Of a stretch of DNA of 64,000 bases, positions 48,011 to 62,800 are shown piece by piece. Location: contig NC_043000.1 of assembly GCF_006345805.1 (NCBI RefSeq), positions 86,676,001 to 86,740,000 of the forward strand, written 5' to 3'. The DNA is from Octopus sinensis (taxonomy: Eukaryota). The position numbers were made by a program, and so were the translations under genes. A model generated the notes under the pieces. That model saw nothing but the letters and a program-made list of their open reading frames with translations. It searched no databases and was not told the origin of the DNA. Positions within the stretch are counted from its first letter, which is position 1. Each line of letters starts with the position of its first letter.

Positions 48011-50499
48011 CTTCACACATACACACACACACATACAAGAATCATGGCTACTCTCCCATTGTTGAGCCTTAGATGTTCTAGAACACTAGTAAATGACTTT
48101 GTATTGATCTTACCCACTTCCAACCATTTTTACTGGAGGCAACATCACTTTGTATTTCAAACTTTTACTGCTTCTAGATTGATTACATCATGAGAGCCAA
48201 ATTATTTGTTTAGAGAACCCACTATGTCCAATTTAGTTTCTTTTATAATAGCTTCAATGACAAGATTACAGAGTATATGACTGTATATTGATGGATATTT
48301 GCATAAAGCTAAAATTTCTTATTGAATATTAACTCTGATATTAATTTTAAAGCTTTTTTATTCATTCCTAGTCTTTTCACTGAACTAGTATGTAAGAACT
48401 TTCTGGAAGAGGCTATTATTTCTGTTGATAAAGATTTAGGATTTTATGTTTATCAGTAAAGAGGCATTTTTAGTTTTGAATTAGAATTATGGATTTTGGA
48501 CTTCCATTTTTATTTTAAATTTATATAAATTTTTAGTTTCAGAGTCTGATACGAAATGGTATTCATAAACTAAATTTTTAATATTACTTCATAAAGAATA
48601 ATTAACTTGCTACAGAAATAGTAAATCTTAGTGCAAGATCTAAAATGGAACTCCCAACCTAATGTAAACTGCTGGTTTAATTTAGCTACCCCAATACCAT
48701 TTACTATTCTTCAATCTTTGTATTGCCTCTAAGAACTTATTCAACTGTAATATCATGTATAAAATTTGTTAGTTTTTATTAGTATAACTGGAGAATGTAA
48801 ATTTATTGCACAAAATGTTTTTTTGATTGGTTTAGAAATAAAGTTTGTCTAAACAATTTTGACATTTGCATTACAACAAAATCTTAGTTGTTTGAGAGTA
48901 TATTATGAAGTTGTTATAGCGTATCTTATGTTGTTATTATTACTGGACTTATGTTGTTACTGGACTTATCTTATGTTGTTATTATTACTGTAACTTACAC
49001 TGTTTGTTCTACATAAATTTTTATGAAGCAGAGATTATTGATGTTGTTATTGTGTTACATCTGTTTTACTTTGGGGCAAGTTTTATTGTTTTGTTGCCCC
49101 TGCCTGTTACTCAAACACTATTTTTATTATTTGCTCCCTAAGTTGTAAATTATACTGATAAATTGATGAATTGTTGTTTTTAACTTTTTAGTTCTTTTAT
49201 TTCTGTTTTGTACTTTCAAATGTGCTTTTGTGTACTGAATCAAGAAACAGTTAGAAATACCACTTCTCAGTGCTCTGTTAGACACTGTAATTCATCAAAT
49301 GAATTTGAGGTTTAATACTCTTTTGAATAAAAATACTGTAATAAATTTCCAATCTTTTTTACAGAATTAGATATATAATTTTAGAGCAGCAGTTCTGATG
49401 TTTTGATTCATTATGTAGTTTGTTTTTTTTGTTCCTTACTGTATTTGAGCATATTTTAGTGTGTGTGTGTGTGTGTGTGTAAAACATTTATTATAATGAA
49501 TGAAGACAGCGCAGTACCGAGGACCCTTTAGGGTAACATGACAACTTCTCTAGTATTGTTGATATGATAAAATGCATCCAGTCAATAGGAAGGAGATCCA
49601 TATGTAGAAAACCTGCCAAAAATTGAACAAACGAGATTTAATTCCAACCCATCTTGGAGGGCACCAATTCTTATTGAGAATTAAATTACTCTAGCACCCT
49701 ATGCCAGAAGATAATACAGAAATTTAAATATTCTAATGAATCATTAAATCTATTTAAGATGACAGAAAGCAATAAAAATATTGTATAATTGTCATGTTTA
49801 TATATTGTGGAGCTGTGAATGTCTATGACTTATTAACTGTCGCAATTTAACGTCATGGTGGTATTCAACAGCATACTGAGGTTTTTAGTGAGTCTGAGAA
49901 ACCATGCTTGCAATAAATATTTAACTATGTAGCAACTAAAAAGTTGTTTTGAGTCAAACAGGAAAAAATATATGATATGTCTTTTAGCAGGTCATCATCC
50001 CAAAGTCTTTCCTTTTCTTTCTTTTTTTCTTTTTTTTTTACATCTCATTTACACTGATACTATATCTTATTAATTTGAGAAAATGAGGCTGTATCTACAT
50101 CCTTTTTTAAACCCCTTTAAAAGTAGTAATAAAAATTACTCTGCTCTTCATAGTATTTTACAGGGTTTTAAAGTCCTAGAAAATTATTTAGATAGAACAG
50201 TGAGTTCTAATGAGCTGAATATACATCACTTGCCTTTCGTTTTTTATTTTTTTATTTTTAAGCTTTCACAAATATTTATTGATATATTACAGTCCATTTA
50301 CTTTATATTCCCACCTTATGCTTAAAAAAAAAAAGATAATATATCATTGAAATGAGGGCTCTTAATCTAAAAGTCTTCTTTAGCAATGGTTGAGTCCTTG
50401 CCACCTAAGATTTAACTCTTTCAAATGCTAATAAGGCTTTGTAGAAGTAGTTCAGTTTCTCTTAAATAGGTGACCTAATCAACATAGGAGGTAGGTGCT

Positions 50500-50960
50500 C
50501 TGAAAGTATAGTGGCCAAAGAGAAACAGAACTGTTATTTCTGCTGTCAGTAAAAGGTTACATGATGCTAGTATATGAAGTGAGATATTACATAATAGGAA
50601 ATAAAATGATTATTGAATGCAGATGGTGTGTAAAGACTAGAAATAAATAAAGTGAGTATATTCATTTGAATGTGCATAAAATGGTGGAGCACAAACAAGC
50701 TGAGAGAAAAATTAGGTATGAGAATAATGAACTATGCTGTGCAAAATGGCACTGGTACAGATATATGATGCATATGAAAGAAGATAGTTGGATGAAGAAA
50801 TGAAAGGGACTTGCAGAAGAGGGAGAGTGAAAAAGTTATTGGAAGAAGTGGTAAAAACTGACCTCTGAAGGTTAAACTTCACGAGGCATATAACAAGAAT
50901 CGTAACATGTGGCAAGACACTGTACTGGAGAAGATTCATGCAAGCATGATGATGGTGGCT
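50500..50960 (+). mobile_element. Decayed RTE LINE 3' fragment
   Basis: WHWY.YMMHMKEDSW, GTCRRG, EEVVKTDL-like motifs and gatgatg tail. Confidence 0.6.
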
Positions 50961-51629
50961 CACTGAAAATAGACAATAGATCATCTACAAATGATACATG
51001 TGGCAGACTAGCATCTTTTTATGCAATGGAACTGAAGTTAACAATTTCTCTTAAAAGCTTAGGAGACATTTTACATTTATATTAGTTGTCTAAATATTTT
51101 AGATATCTATACTCAGAAATTTGGGCTCAAGATTTTTAACAATCTGTTGTTGTCTTCTCATTCTGTGTTTTGAGTTCAAATTCTAGCTATGTAAATTTTG
51201 CTTTTCACTCTTTATTGGAGTTGATAAGATAAGTCCTGGTAATTTGTTCTAAACATTCCTCTGCAATGGTTGGTTCTGTCTCTCCAAAGGAAATTGTAGT
51301 GTAATCAGTAAACTTCCCAAAAATCTGAAATTGTACTATAATGAGCTTTGTTTGCACCACTTCATTTATAATACCCTACTTCCACCAATAATACTCTTGG
51401 GAAAGCCATGAAGAGCAAAACTTCTTAATACCTCTCTCTCTCTCTCTAAAAGATAAGGCCAGTATGCATAACCAAAGAGAAACTTGTATTTTGAAAAGTA
51501 ATTATCTTAATATTACTCTTTAAACATCAGGAAAATATCACCTAAACTATAGTTTTCAAAAAAAAATTTAAAAAAAGGAAAGGATTGATAGAAATAAAAT
51601 TATCTTTTTTTTTTATCCTTCATATGTAT

Positions 51630-51910
51630 AGCTTCTGTATAAGGTCAGGATTTCGATGCCTGGTGGCATGTTGTGTCCTTGAGTAAGACACTTTATTTCA
51701 TGTTGCTCCAGTTCACTTAGCTGGCAAAATGAGTAGTACCTGTAATTGAAAGGGCCAGCCTTGTCACATTCTGTATCATACTGAATCTCCTTGAGAACTA
51801 CATTAAGGGTACTCATGCTTGTAGAGTTCTCAACCACTTACCCATTAATTTCATGAGCAAGCTGTTCCATTGATCAGAACACTCATCATCATAACTGATG
51901 GAGTGCCAGT
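51630..51910 (+). mobile_element. SINE with a CORE/Meta-like domain, 5' truncated
   Basis: ccttgagtaagacactttatttcatgttgctccagttcacttagctggcaaaatg is shared with 34795-35118. Confidence 0.65.
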
Positions 51911-54422
51911 TAAGGAAGTTAACTGGTAAATATATTTGTAAATATTACATTTAATGTTTGCTTGTTGTTCCCACACCACATCTCTGCATTCAAGTTGTTC
52001 ATAACTTTTCATCAAATGCATAATTTTTTATTTCGAAGTACTTACAATTTTGTAACATTTAAGCATCTGAAGTAATTGACCTAAAAATTAATTTGAGATA
52101 GAGAACTCCACTACAAATAATAGGTAGATGAATAGCAAACACATTTATAATGAAATATGACATTCATTCTATACTTCCCACTACATGGTACCATGAACAA
52201 ATGTCTTATAGTCCCAACCAATGCCTTACAAGTGAAATTGATAGACAGAAACTATAGGAAGTCTGTTTGTGTATGCATGTAAGGACTAGATACTGTAGTA
52301 GCTTGGGATTCAAAGGCTCACAGTTATTTAATATCTTGCCAAAAAAAACTGAGAGATCTACATAGAGTAGGGTTAGTTGTTTTCAAGAAGCACTTTGACC
52401 TTCTGCTGTCCAAAACCCCAGATGAACCTACATCATGGCAAGAAACTCAAACAAAGGTAGCAATATCATAAAAAGCCAACCACATGAGAATGGCCATTAA
52501 AAAGTTGATGTTACTAGTGGTGCTCCAGCATGGCCACAGCCTTTGGGTTGAAATGCATTAAAAAATGTAAGAAATATATGTGCATACACAAGTGTATGTA
52601 TGTGCAAATGTTAGTATTGCACATCTTGTCACTGTTTCATAGTACAACCAGTTGTCATGTGGTTGTACTATGCAACAACCTTTTAATCCACAGAACTGTG
52701 GATTAAAAGATAGTCTTTTACCTGAAAAATAGGCTTGAATTGGGTACTGAAAGAGCATCTAATTATAAATTCTTGTCTCAGGTAAGTCCCTGTCCCACTC
52801 ATGTTAACATGGAAAAATTAATGTAAAAATGATAGAACAATTAATGGGCCCCTGCACACTAGATCAAAATAATAATAATTAATAATTAAAAAATATTACC
52901 TTAAAATTTTACAAGTGCAAATAGTTAATTGATCATGAAACAGTTGTTGCAGGATTTAGTAATAAGTTAAAACAGTTGGAAATTAATTTGCAGTTAATTT
53001 TTAATGATCATGTATAATAAGTTGCATGCATGTGTTGCTTGTTACCACATATGAGGCATTCATGTCAAATTTCCTTTGATACATTATGTTCCTATGATTT
53101 ATATAAGCAAAATTGTTAATCAGAAGAAATTTGTAGAACTGTGAACTGTCTATTGAAAATCAAAAATAGAAATTCAATAATTTGAATCTTTTTTTTTTTT
53201 TTACATTTTCTTATTGCTCAAATTTTTTGGACTTCATCTGCTATTTTTACAAGAAATTCAACCCTTACCCTTTATAGTGAATATGTGTAATCTTTGATAG
53301 TTTTGCATTAGCTGCAACATCAAAGAAATATTTGGAAATACTGACAGTATGGACTAAAGCTTTAATCAGTGATTGACTGATATGTTTATCAGTAGAAATC
53401 AAGTTTGGAAGAAATGTTATGTTAATGGGGGTTTTGGTTGTTTTTTTCTTTCTTTAATCTTCATTTTGCATTGTTTAAAGACATACTTGTGAAATTTACT
53501 TGTATTCTGTGAACATGGCTGTTTTTTTTGCTAGTAACTTTACAAACAAAATATTTTTCATAATATTTACTGGCTATAGTTAGCTAATTTTTCATATTGT
53601 TTAGTTCTCCTTTTCTCCTCTCCTTCTCTCACTACACACACACACATACAGAACATATTGTATTCAGTTTCCCAGCAAGCTGCATGTATGAAGTAATTTG
53701 ATTTCTAATTGGTAATCAACACACATACCCCCATTAATCTGTCAGGTGAAGCCATACTCATGGCTTGCTGGGAAACTTCAAGTACTCTGAGTGTTCCATG
53801 CTTGTATATTAAATGTATTCCTCTCTTTCAATTAAATTGAGGTTTTTTTTTTGTGTTTACTTAGTTTATTGTGATACATATGCTTCTCCAAATATATTGT
53901 GTTGAACCTTCTGTTTTTGTTAACACAAACAGATCATATCAAACTGAATGACAATGTACCTTGTAATATGTTAGTACATGCAATGACACATTGCACATTT
54001 GCAAAGAATAATTTGAGAGAAAAATAATAAACAAACTTACATGGTGTAAGTTAAACCACATATCTCTTGCTTACTAGGCAAATATGCTACTGTTCATTCT
54101 ATAGCAGCTTTGGTTTTTCAAATTCAGCAGCAAGTGTACATCTGTACTCCTTAATATACCAACACAGCCCTCACTATATTACACTCTAGTTGAAGAAACC
54201 TAGCAATAAGTTAAGTGTTAGAGAAAGCCTGTTAACTTTATACTGAAGTACTTAATACTACAGAAAGACATTTCTTGCTAAATATGATTTAGAATCCATG
54301 AGATGCTTGTAGTATGTTTGTCTGATACATAAGAGATGTATTGTTCATTTCTCATCATTGGGTTTGTGACTTTCTCTCTCAAAATGTTGTTAGTAAATAT
54401 ATAAATGTGTTTGGGTGTGTGG

Positions 54423-54468
<46 letters not shown>

Positions 54469-57400
54469 ACACACTCACACATAGACACATGTAAGTTTGA
54501 ATGTTACTTTTGACCAAACATGCTTGCTTTTTAACTGAGCTGTTTGATGAACAATAGTATTTTTAATTCAGTTGATTATATTTTGTGTGGGAGAAAAACC
54601 TCATTCAATTATTAAATTTGTTTACTTTTGTTTTTAATTCACACTCAGTAATATTGTAAATATATCAATGTATTCTGAAACTTGAAATGGTGTGGGGTAG
54701 ACTTAGCAATTGCCATTTACTATAAAGTTACCTCAACATGTTTTAACAATTGTTTAGTGAGGTTTAAAATATTGTTACAAAAATTCCTGCATTTCAACTT
54801 CAAACTTATATTAAGTATGAATTTTTTTATCAAAATTACAATTTAGCTAAATTTTTAAAAATGTTTTCCTATAAAGCTTTGACATAATAAAACATTAGTA
54901 CCGGTGCTTTTTTTTTTATTGCATTGTGAGGTTTATCATTGGTAAATTTCAAACAACATAACCTTGTGTATATGTGCATAATGGATCTATGTGTGTATAG
55001 AATGTAATCTCTGACATTCCAACTGAAACGATATTATGCATGTTACATTAATTAAATTGTGTCTAAATGTATTAACTGTATCTAACTATTCTTTCAAATC
55101 ATTGCTTGGTTGAAATTGATTTTTATATGTTTGCATGATTTAAAAAAATATTTTGCATGAATTCATGTGGCATATAAAGATTGTCATTATTTGTATATAT
55201 TAAGGGATATATTAGAATTTGGATAATCACATATATATCTATTTCATATTACATTTAACATTTAATAATTTTTAATGGTTTTCATTTTCATATTGTTTTT
55301 TTAAGTCAACTACAAATTATTTTTGTTTCTGTTTTTTTCTGTTTTAGTTCAAAAATGCATTTAAGATTTAAGTCTTTAAATTTTTTAGGCACAATTAATA
55401 TAAAATGTAAAGCCCTTGGGAGAAAAGTATATTATATGATGTGGTTTTGATTCTTTGTGGAGCCATTTATTATTTCACTTATGCCTTTGATTAGAATGTC
55501 AATTTATTTTACCCTTCTAAAATATAGTGCCTTTTGTATCTTGTCTTAGGAATCCCATGTTTTTTGATAAATTATGTTTAGTTTAGCAAAGGATTAAAAC
55601 TATAAAACACTGATACCAGAAATAATATTCATAGTAGACAAAGAAAGAATTCAAAATATATATATTAACTTTAGAAATTAATATTAATATCTATCCAAAA
55701 TTTAAGAAAATTATGTCACTGATTTAAAAATAAAAAGGTGTTTTGAAAATTGTTTTAAAATGTCATTTAGCAGTTGTTTATTAATCAATATTAAATTATC
55801 AAAATATTGGAGGTGCTGTTAGTATGGTGGTTTTTTTTCAGAATTTTGACAGATGTGTCAAGTTTTCATCAATTACTAAATATATAAGCCATATTCTATT
55901 TAATGAAATATCTAACATAACCCAACTGTAACACTGGCACTAGATCATTTATGCTAATCTCCATTTTATCTTGGGTTGAAATATTTAAAGTTTTTTCCTT
56001 ACTGTTACAATTTGTAATCTATTGATTTTATGAATCTTCATTGCCACCAAAATTATCAGATGATATTGATGGGCATGATATTTAAAACAAAAAGTTTAGA
56101 GGGTTAACCATACATTTTTTCTTTTGTTAGTAAAATTTGTAATAAATTGTAATAGATTTTAAAAAATTAAAATCTGTTATTGCTTTCAGTTGTTTAGAGT
56201 TGTTAAATGTAATAAGCATATGTGCTGGTTCAGTTAATTATTCCCCCTTCCTTATAAAATCCATGTGATGATGAAACACTAGAGAAAATTTGAAAATTCA
56301 GTCTGAATTGTTTTTAATTTAAAAGTTAAACCATTATTGTGGTGTCACAGAGAGGAGACCACCTAACCTTTTATTTACTAGTTTTGGTTCCTAGTTGGCT
56401 TACTTTTCACAATATTGTTTCTTAGGTAAATTGTGTTGTGTCTCTATAGCTTGCATGTATCAATATGTATACTGCAATATCTGATTGTTTGATAACAGCT
56501 ATTTTTTTAATATCTCTTGATGCAAAAGCATTTAATGGCTGTATTTTTATGTAAACTGAATTTTTTAAATCTCTTTTATACATTTCTTAACACATTACCA
56601 ATGTTTATAGTTATAAATGTATTGTTTAAAAAAAATGAGGCAGTTTTATATTATTGTATTTGTATTTAGATTAGACATTGCAGTACCATACATAGATAAA
56701 ATGCACTTTTTGTAGCTCAACCATTTGCATACATTTTTTTTATTTAAAGATTCATTTGTATGTGTGTTGTTTATTCTTTGGGTCTCAACTTAGATATTGT
56801 TCACTAAAAAACAAGGTACTACCATTGTAATTTAGAACAACTATAAGAGGATATATGTTGGACTTAAAAGTTTCACATTTTTACTGTTGTGGATATAAAT
56901 TTTCAGAGCATGTGTTAAAAACTCCCTGGTTTTGTAATATTAGAACTGCAACTCTTCAAAGTACAATACAAAATGACATGACCAACTGCAATAGTAAATT
57001 TCGTGCAAATCATTATAAAAAAGGTCGAAGTTCTGAACCAAACTGTCTATAAATGTTATTTTTATTGATTTTTGGATGGCCACCTCAACAAAAGTGCCTC
57101 TTTTTCTGCTTTCTATCCCAGATGACTGCTAAATATATTTATGATATATTTACAAGATTTAAATGGAATGTTCTGTTAATATTTCTCATACTGAATAATC
57201 AAGATGGTTGTGTAGTTAAGAAATTTGCTTCATAATCATGCAGTTCCATGTTCAATCTCAATGCAAGTACTTCAGCTTGTAACTTGAAATTTGATTGATG
57301 GAAGCTGTACAAAAGTGCAGTGTGTGTGTGTGTGTATGTGTGTGCATGCGTGCGTGCTATGCTATGCTATGCTGACAAAATGTGCTTTGTTCTTTATTGA

Positions 57401-58734
57401 GTTTTTCAAAGCAGTGATTAAACAATTTAACTGGTGAGAGTAATATACATTATTAAAACATGGAAATTAATAAATGGCAGGAAATAAACTAAGAAATGAT
57501 TTGAATAATATCTGATATAGGAGGTTTGACATTATGCTATTTATATCAACATTGGATAAGAACTGATGCATTTAAACAAAAATACTCTGCAGTGTGTAAT
57601 GTTCAGTTGAATTGGCTCTTATGCTATTTCTTGCACTTTGTATTTTATGAGAATGATAGAATAACTACCAAACAAAATAGTGGTATGAATATAAACAGTT
57701 AAAATGTTTGTATGTGTGTGTGTGGGTGTATGTGACTCTTTCCTTTGTCTTGACATTCATACAAGCCATGTCTGCATTTCTCCATAGAAAACTTCTTCAG
57801 ACTATTTGTCATTCAATAAACTTGGGGAATTATTACCTTGCGTGGAAACAGATGAGGGTTAGTGACAGGAAGGGTATCTGGCTGTTGAAAACTTTTCCTC
57901 AACATCCAGACATCTATCCTTGTCTATTGTAAAAGAAGACATTACACCAATGATGATGATGATTTTAGAGGCTCTGCTAAACTTAATTTGGGGGTGTGAG
58001 TGGGGGAAAAGCAAAACCCCTACCTATTGTTTTCTCAGTACCACTTGTTAATTAACAGATTATATCTCATTCAGTTTACGGATGAATAATTGAGAGATGC
58101 CCTCTGTATTTCAATAATTAAATCTTTAAACCTATTTTCTGATGCTGATAAATTTAAAATCTTGTGTATCTACTTATTGATTCGTTCATTACTATTTTGG
58201 CAATTATGATAAAGGTTGTGCTTTGTTAATAAGTTCACAAGACCAAAACATGTCTAGAGTTGTCTATCATACTTGCTAGAAAAATGAAAATTACTTGTAA
58301 GTCAACTTTTTAATGCTCCATGCATTAACTATGTTACCACATCTTACAATTTGTAACCTACATCTTATCCCCTTTTTCGCATTTTGTTACCAACATGTTT
58401 TCAGCTTATACATTATATATATATAGGTTTTGATTATATTTTCCATACAGGTTGCAGGTTTTCAAATGAGTTTACACAGCACTTTGTATTCTTGACCTCT
58501 ATTTCTATTAACTCTCATTTATTTTCCTTATTTTATTGCAAAAGCATTGACACTTATTCTGGTTAACAACCAACTATGTAGCAGACTATAACACACACAA
58601 TCATCAATTAATTTTCTTTAGCTATGACAATGAGGCAGTCTCTGTATGGCCACTTGACCTGCTTTAAATAGCAGCTAAATTTCCCTCAAATCTTTTGTGA
58701 CCACCTTAAACAGAAAGGGACATGTTGAATAATT

Positions 58735-59310
58735 TAGTCTTTGGTTAAGATCTTGGGTCTGTATAATAAGTCGTGGGAGGCAGACTGCTGAATTGGATGC
58801 TAGGATTGCAGGTGTTGGCACAGTAATGCACCAGAGGAGAGATTAGTGGAAAAAAAAGCCAAGTTCACTATCTTCAATTCAATTTTTGTGCCTATCCTCA
58901 TCTATGGTCATAAATGTTAGGTATTGACTGAAAGAGTACAATCACAAATGCAAGCAACCAAAATGGAGTTCCTCTAAAGGATCTCTGAAGTAACATTACT
59001 TAACAGGATGCAAAGCTTGGAGATCAGAGAGTCTCTCCAGGATGCACCGCTCAAGTACTACAGATATGTGGTTAGAATGTCACAGGCAAGAATTACAAGA
59101 CAGATTCTTTGAGCCATGCCAACCAGCAAGAGACCTAGTGGGTGACCAAGAATGAGATGGTTGGATAATATTCATAGCCTCAGTTGGTCACACTTGGGAA
59201 TCCAGCCAGAAAATCAAATAATAGTTGCTTCTGATAGAACCTGATGGAAGAGATGCCTGAGGACTCTGCCCCCATGACCCTCCCAGGGATAGCAGGTGGA
59301 GAAATGGATG
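58735..59310 (+). mobile_element. RTE-clade (Rex3/Expander-like) LINE RT C-terminal fragment
   Basis: ELDARIA, IFVPILIYGH, MQATKMEFL, KRPSG*PRMRWLD motifs. Confidence 0.75.
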
Positions 59311-59479
59311 GATGGTTCACTGTACATAGGAAGAAAAGATTGTCTCAGCTGTGATGCCTTTGATCAGAGATATACTTGAGTAAAGCTAATCTGGAATTAA
59401 ACAACAACAATAACCTAAATTTAAGACAGCTAACTTGGACATGTATTTTAAAACTGTCTGCCCGTATGCCAACAACTTT

Positions 59480-59840
59480 TTGAGATTTGGTTTCCTAATG
59501 GTATTGTTATTCACTTGTCCTATTCTTAACTGAAAATAAAGTTTGTTTCTATAAGTTTCCATTGTGGTTATGGTTTTTTAATAAGTATTTTTCTACTGGG
59601 GTGGCTTTTCTAGTTGGTAATGCTTCCAAATATTCCAGTTTGTTTATTTTATTGATAGTTACTGAGAGTTGTTTTAAACCCTGGACAATATAAAAACTCC
59701 TATTGTTAGAGTAAGCTGAAGTGATGTTATCTGTGCAATGATTTGCACTGTAAATATTATGAGGAAAGCAATATGAACTTTGAAAAGGCAAATTGTCTTG
59801 TATAATAAAATGTGTTTGTGCTTTATGTAATCTATCCACA
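59480..59840 (-). mobile_element. Penelope-like GIY-YIG endonuclease remnant
   Basis: ORF 59549-59839: FIIQDNL..QSS...NIY...SFYIVQGLKQLSVTINK...TPVEKYL..HNH parallels PLE EN (NVIY..C..C..FYIG.T...LS.R...H..TPVA.HF..H). Confidence 0.45.
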
Positions 59841-62800
59841 TGATAATTTACGTATAATATTTATAGTGTGTTTCTTTACTGTAATGATGAAGAGATAATG
59901 TAGAAGCAGGAAGATGTCAAACAACAAATAGAAAGTGAGTGACAATGATAGAGGTAAAATGAAAGTGTGTGAAAAGATGAGGTGTTTATTATAATACCCA
60001 GACTGACAAATGAAGAAAGGAGGAGTGAGAGAATTAAAATAGATTGGATTGGAGTAACAAGTTAGCTTTGTGTTGCTTTAAGCAGGATGAAAAATAAATG
60101 CAATCATGAAATGCTAATAAATAATGGTGGAAAACTAGGAAATATTTATGGAACTCAAGAGTTCTATGACTATTGTTAGAAAAGAACTTTTGAGTAATGA
60201 TAAATACATGGAAATCTTTCATTGTTTTTTAAATGGCATCATGATATTTTTATAAATATAGTATCATTTTTAATAAAATTTTTATAACTATCATTAAACT
60301 ATCTTCAGTGAACCATCAAAAATCTTAGTATAAAATGAGCAGTCTTTTTGATGATGCAAGTGTCTGTGTTTTTATACTTTTTCAGTGAGTGATATGTACT
60401 GTCTCACCTCCAAATTATTGGTGTCAATCTTTTTGTCTGTGATTAAATTCCTTAGTCAGTGATACAAATCTGGTTGTAATATCTGAAAGATTATAGAAGA
60501 CTTTAGTAAGATGATATGCCTCATGAACTGAAGGTGTTAAATGTTACATAAATTTCAATCCTTTTTTTTTTAAGGATAGGTGTAGAAGCTCAGGGAAGAT
60601 AAGTTCACTTGGAGAGGGGAATTAATTAGCAAGAAAAGGGTATGTTGAAGTGGCCAAGCTGAACAATAAGATATGAAAAAAATAAAAAAGGTTACACAAA
60701 TTGGAAATAAACTACATACAACATTCCTTTGTACATATCTAGCTGTGTAGAACATTTGTATAGATGATTCAAGATTAGGGTGATATCCCAAAGAGTCAAC
60801 TAAACCCCAAGCAATGTTTAAGGTAAACTGGCAATGACATTATAAAGTGTGTTATGTGCATCCAAGCTTAGCAGAACCCATCCCTCTCCAGGTCTAACCA
60901 CAGCCAATTTCTTTTGAATAGAGAAAGAGTGGTGGGCAGAGGGAGAGTGAATCTTCAACTGGTACTTTTATTGACCTCAAAGGTCTGAAAAACTGAAGTT
61001 GATAAGATTTGAACTCAGAGCACAAAGGACCAGAACAAATACCATGAGATTTTTAGCTGTCACTCTAATGACTCTGCCAGATCACTTATCTATTTGTATG
61101 TGTGAGAGTGAGTGAGTGTGAGAAAGAGAGAGGGGGGATGGATGACCGATAATTTTTGACAGCTAGAATGCTTTTTTGGCATTGACAATTATTTGCAGAG
61201 AAATATTTTCAAATGTATCTTATTTTTTCTTGTTTCAAAAGTATATTTTGTGTGTTTAAATATTTACTTTTTAACATAGTTTAATAATTCAGAACTAGCT
61301 ATCATTTTTATTTTTTAATTCAATTCTAAATTTGAAACAGGTTTTTTACTTACCTTAAAGACATAATTAAAGCTATTTTTATTTAAATCTAATTACATTG
61401 TAAAAACAAAATCATTTTCTGTTTTACAATAATAGTTTTTTGGTTATTTTGATAAATTAATGACCTTGGTGGTCCACTTTCCAGACTTCATGTAACAGAA
61501 TATTCTATTAATCAGAATATGTTCCATACTCTTTTACTTGTTTGAATCATTGGACCATGTCTATGTTGAGGAAATGCCCTCAAGAGTTTTACTTAACTCC
61601 GGTATTCTGTCTGGCAATTATTTCATCATCCTCAGAAAATGTGCTGAATACAAATACATGCTTTTGTTGGAGGAAAATACTAAAGAATATTCCTGTTGGA
61701 ATGTATAAGTTTTCATTCCACACTAGTTTAGACACAAACACACAAACTTTCCATCTTCCCAATTTCATTCACAAGTTATTGGTCATGTAAGGCTTTCCCA
61801 AAGTGTTGTACTATGAAATCAAACCCAATGCCATACAGTTGTGAAACTAACTTAACCTCACAGCCATACCAACAGTTATAGCAGATATTTTTTATTAGGG
61901 ATTATAAGACTAAATATAAGATAAATTTTAATTTATCTATTTTAGAACTGTGAATTATTCATATATTTTAAAATATTATTTTTTTCATTATCATTTTTAA
62001 AAAATAAAATAGCAATTGTTTTAAATTTAAAATGTACAATTCATTTAAATCTATGCCTATTTGGGTTGTCAGCAACAAAATGAATAAATAAGCTTATTAT
62101 TTTTAGATAGTTTTGTTCAAATATTCTATATTTGGTATAAAATATGTTACTTCTTATTGATGTGCAACAGAATGCAGTTTTTGATTTTTCAAATTTCTGT
62201 TGAAATTGTAACCTAAATAATTGAAATCTTTAATTAACTGAGAGAGGTGTCATACAATTCTTTTAACAATGTAATTGTAATAATCTTGAAGTGTCAGTTA
62301 GGATTGCATAATGGTGAGAGTACTTGTTTATTGCTGCCCCTGTTAAAAGCTGTGTCAAATAAAAGAAACATATCTACAAATCTAAGTAGTTTAAAACTCA
62401 CCATTGAACATGTTATTATTAGCCACAAAAATTACTTCAAATTTCAGTTGAAAAATGAGAAAATGAGAACCATATATTGGAGTGCTTTTAGATATTTTTG
62501 CATAAGGTTCTTCCATTATCTTCTGTCAGTCTAAGTCTAGGTTAATTGTTGCTTTAATTTTATGACTAAGGAATTCTAAGGGTCATATATCTAATTGGAT
62601 CAAGATGGTTTAGGATTATTATTAGTTCCAGTTTGTCAGAAATCAAGTGGTTGCAGAATTTATTGGCTTAAGTGTCACCTCATAACTAGTTTTTAGTGGA
62701 TGTGCTTGTATCTTCCTATATAATGTTTACATATGTGTGTGTGTGTATATTTATCTCCTGCAATTCTTCAGCTCAATGTACAAACACCATTGGAATAATA

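Noticed and set aside
56260-56310. GTGATGA...CTGA C/D-box-like pair
   Set aside because: The boxes are only about 40 nt apart with no terminal stem; expected by chance.
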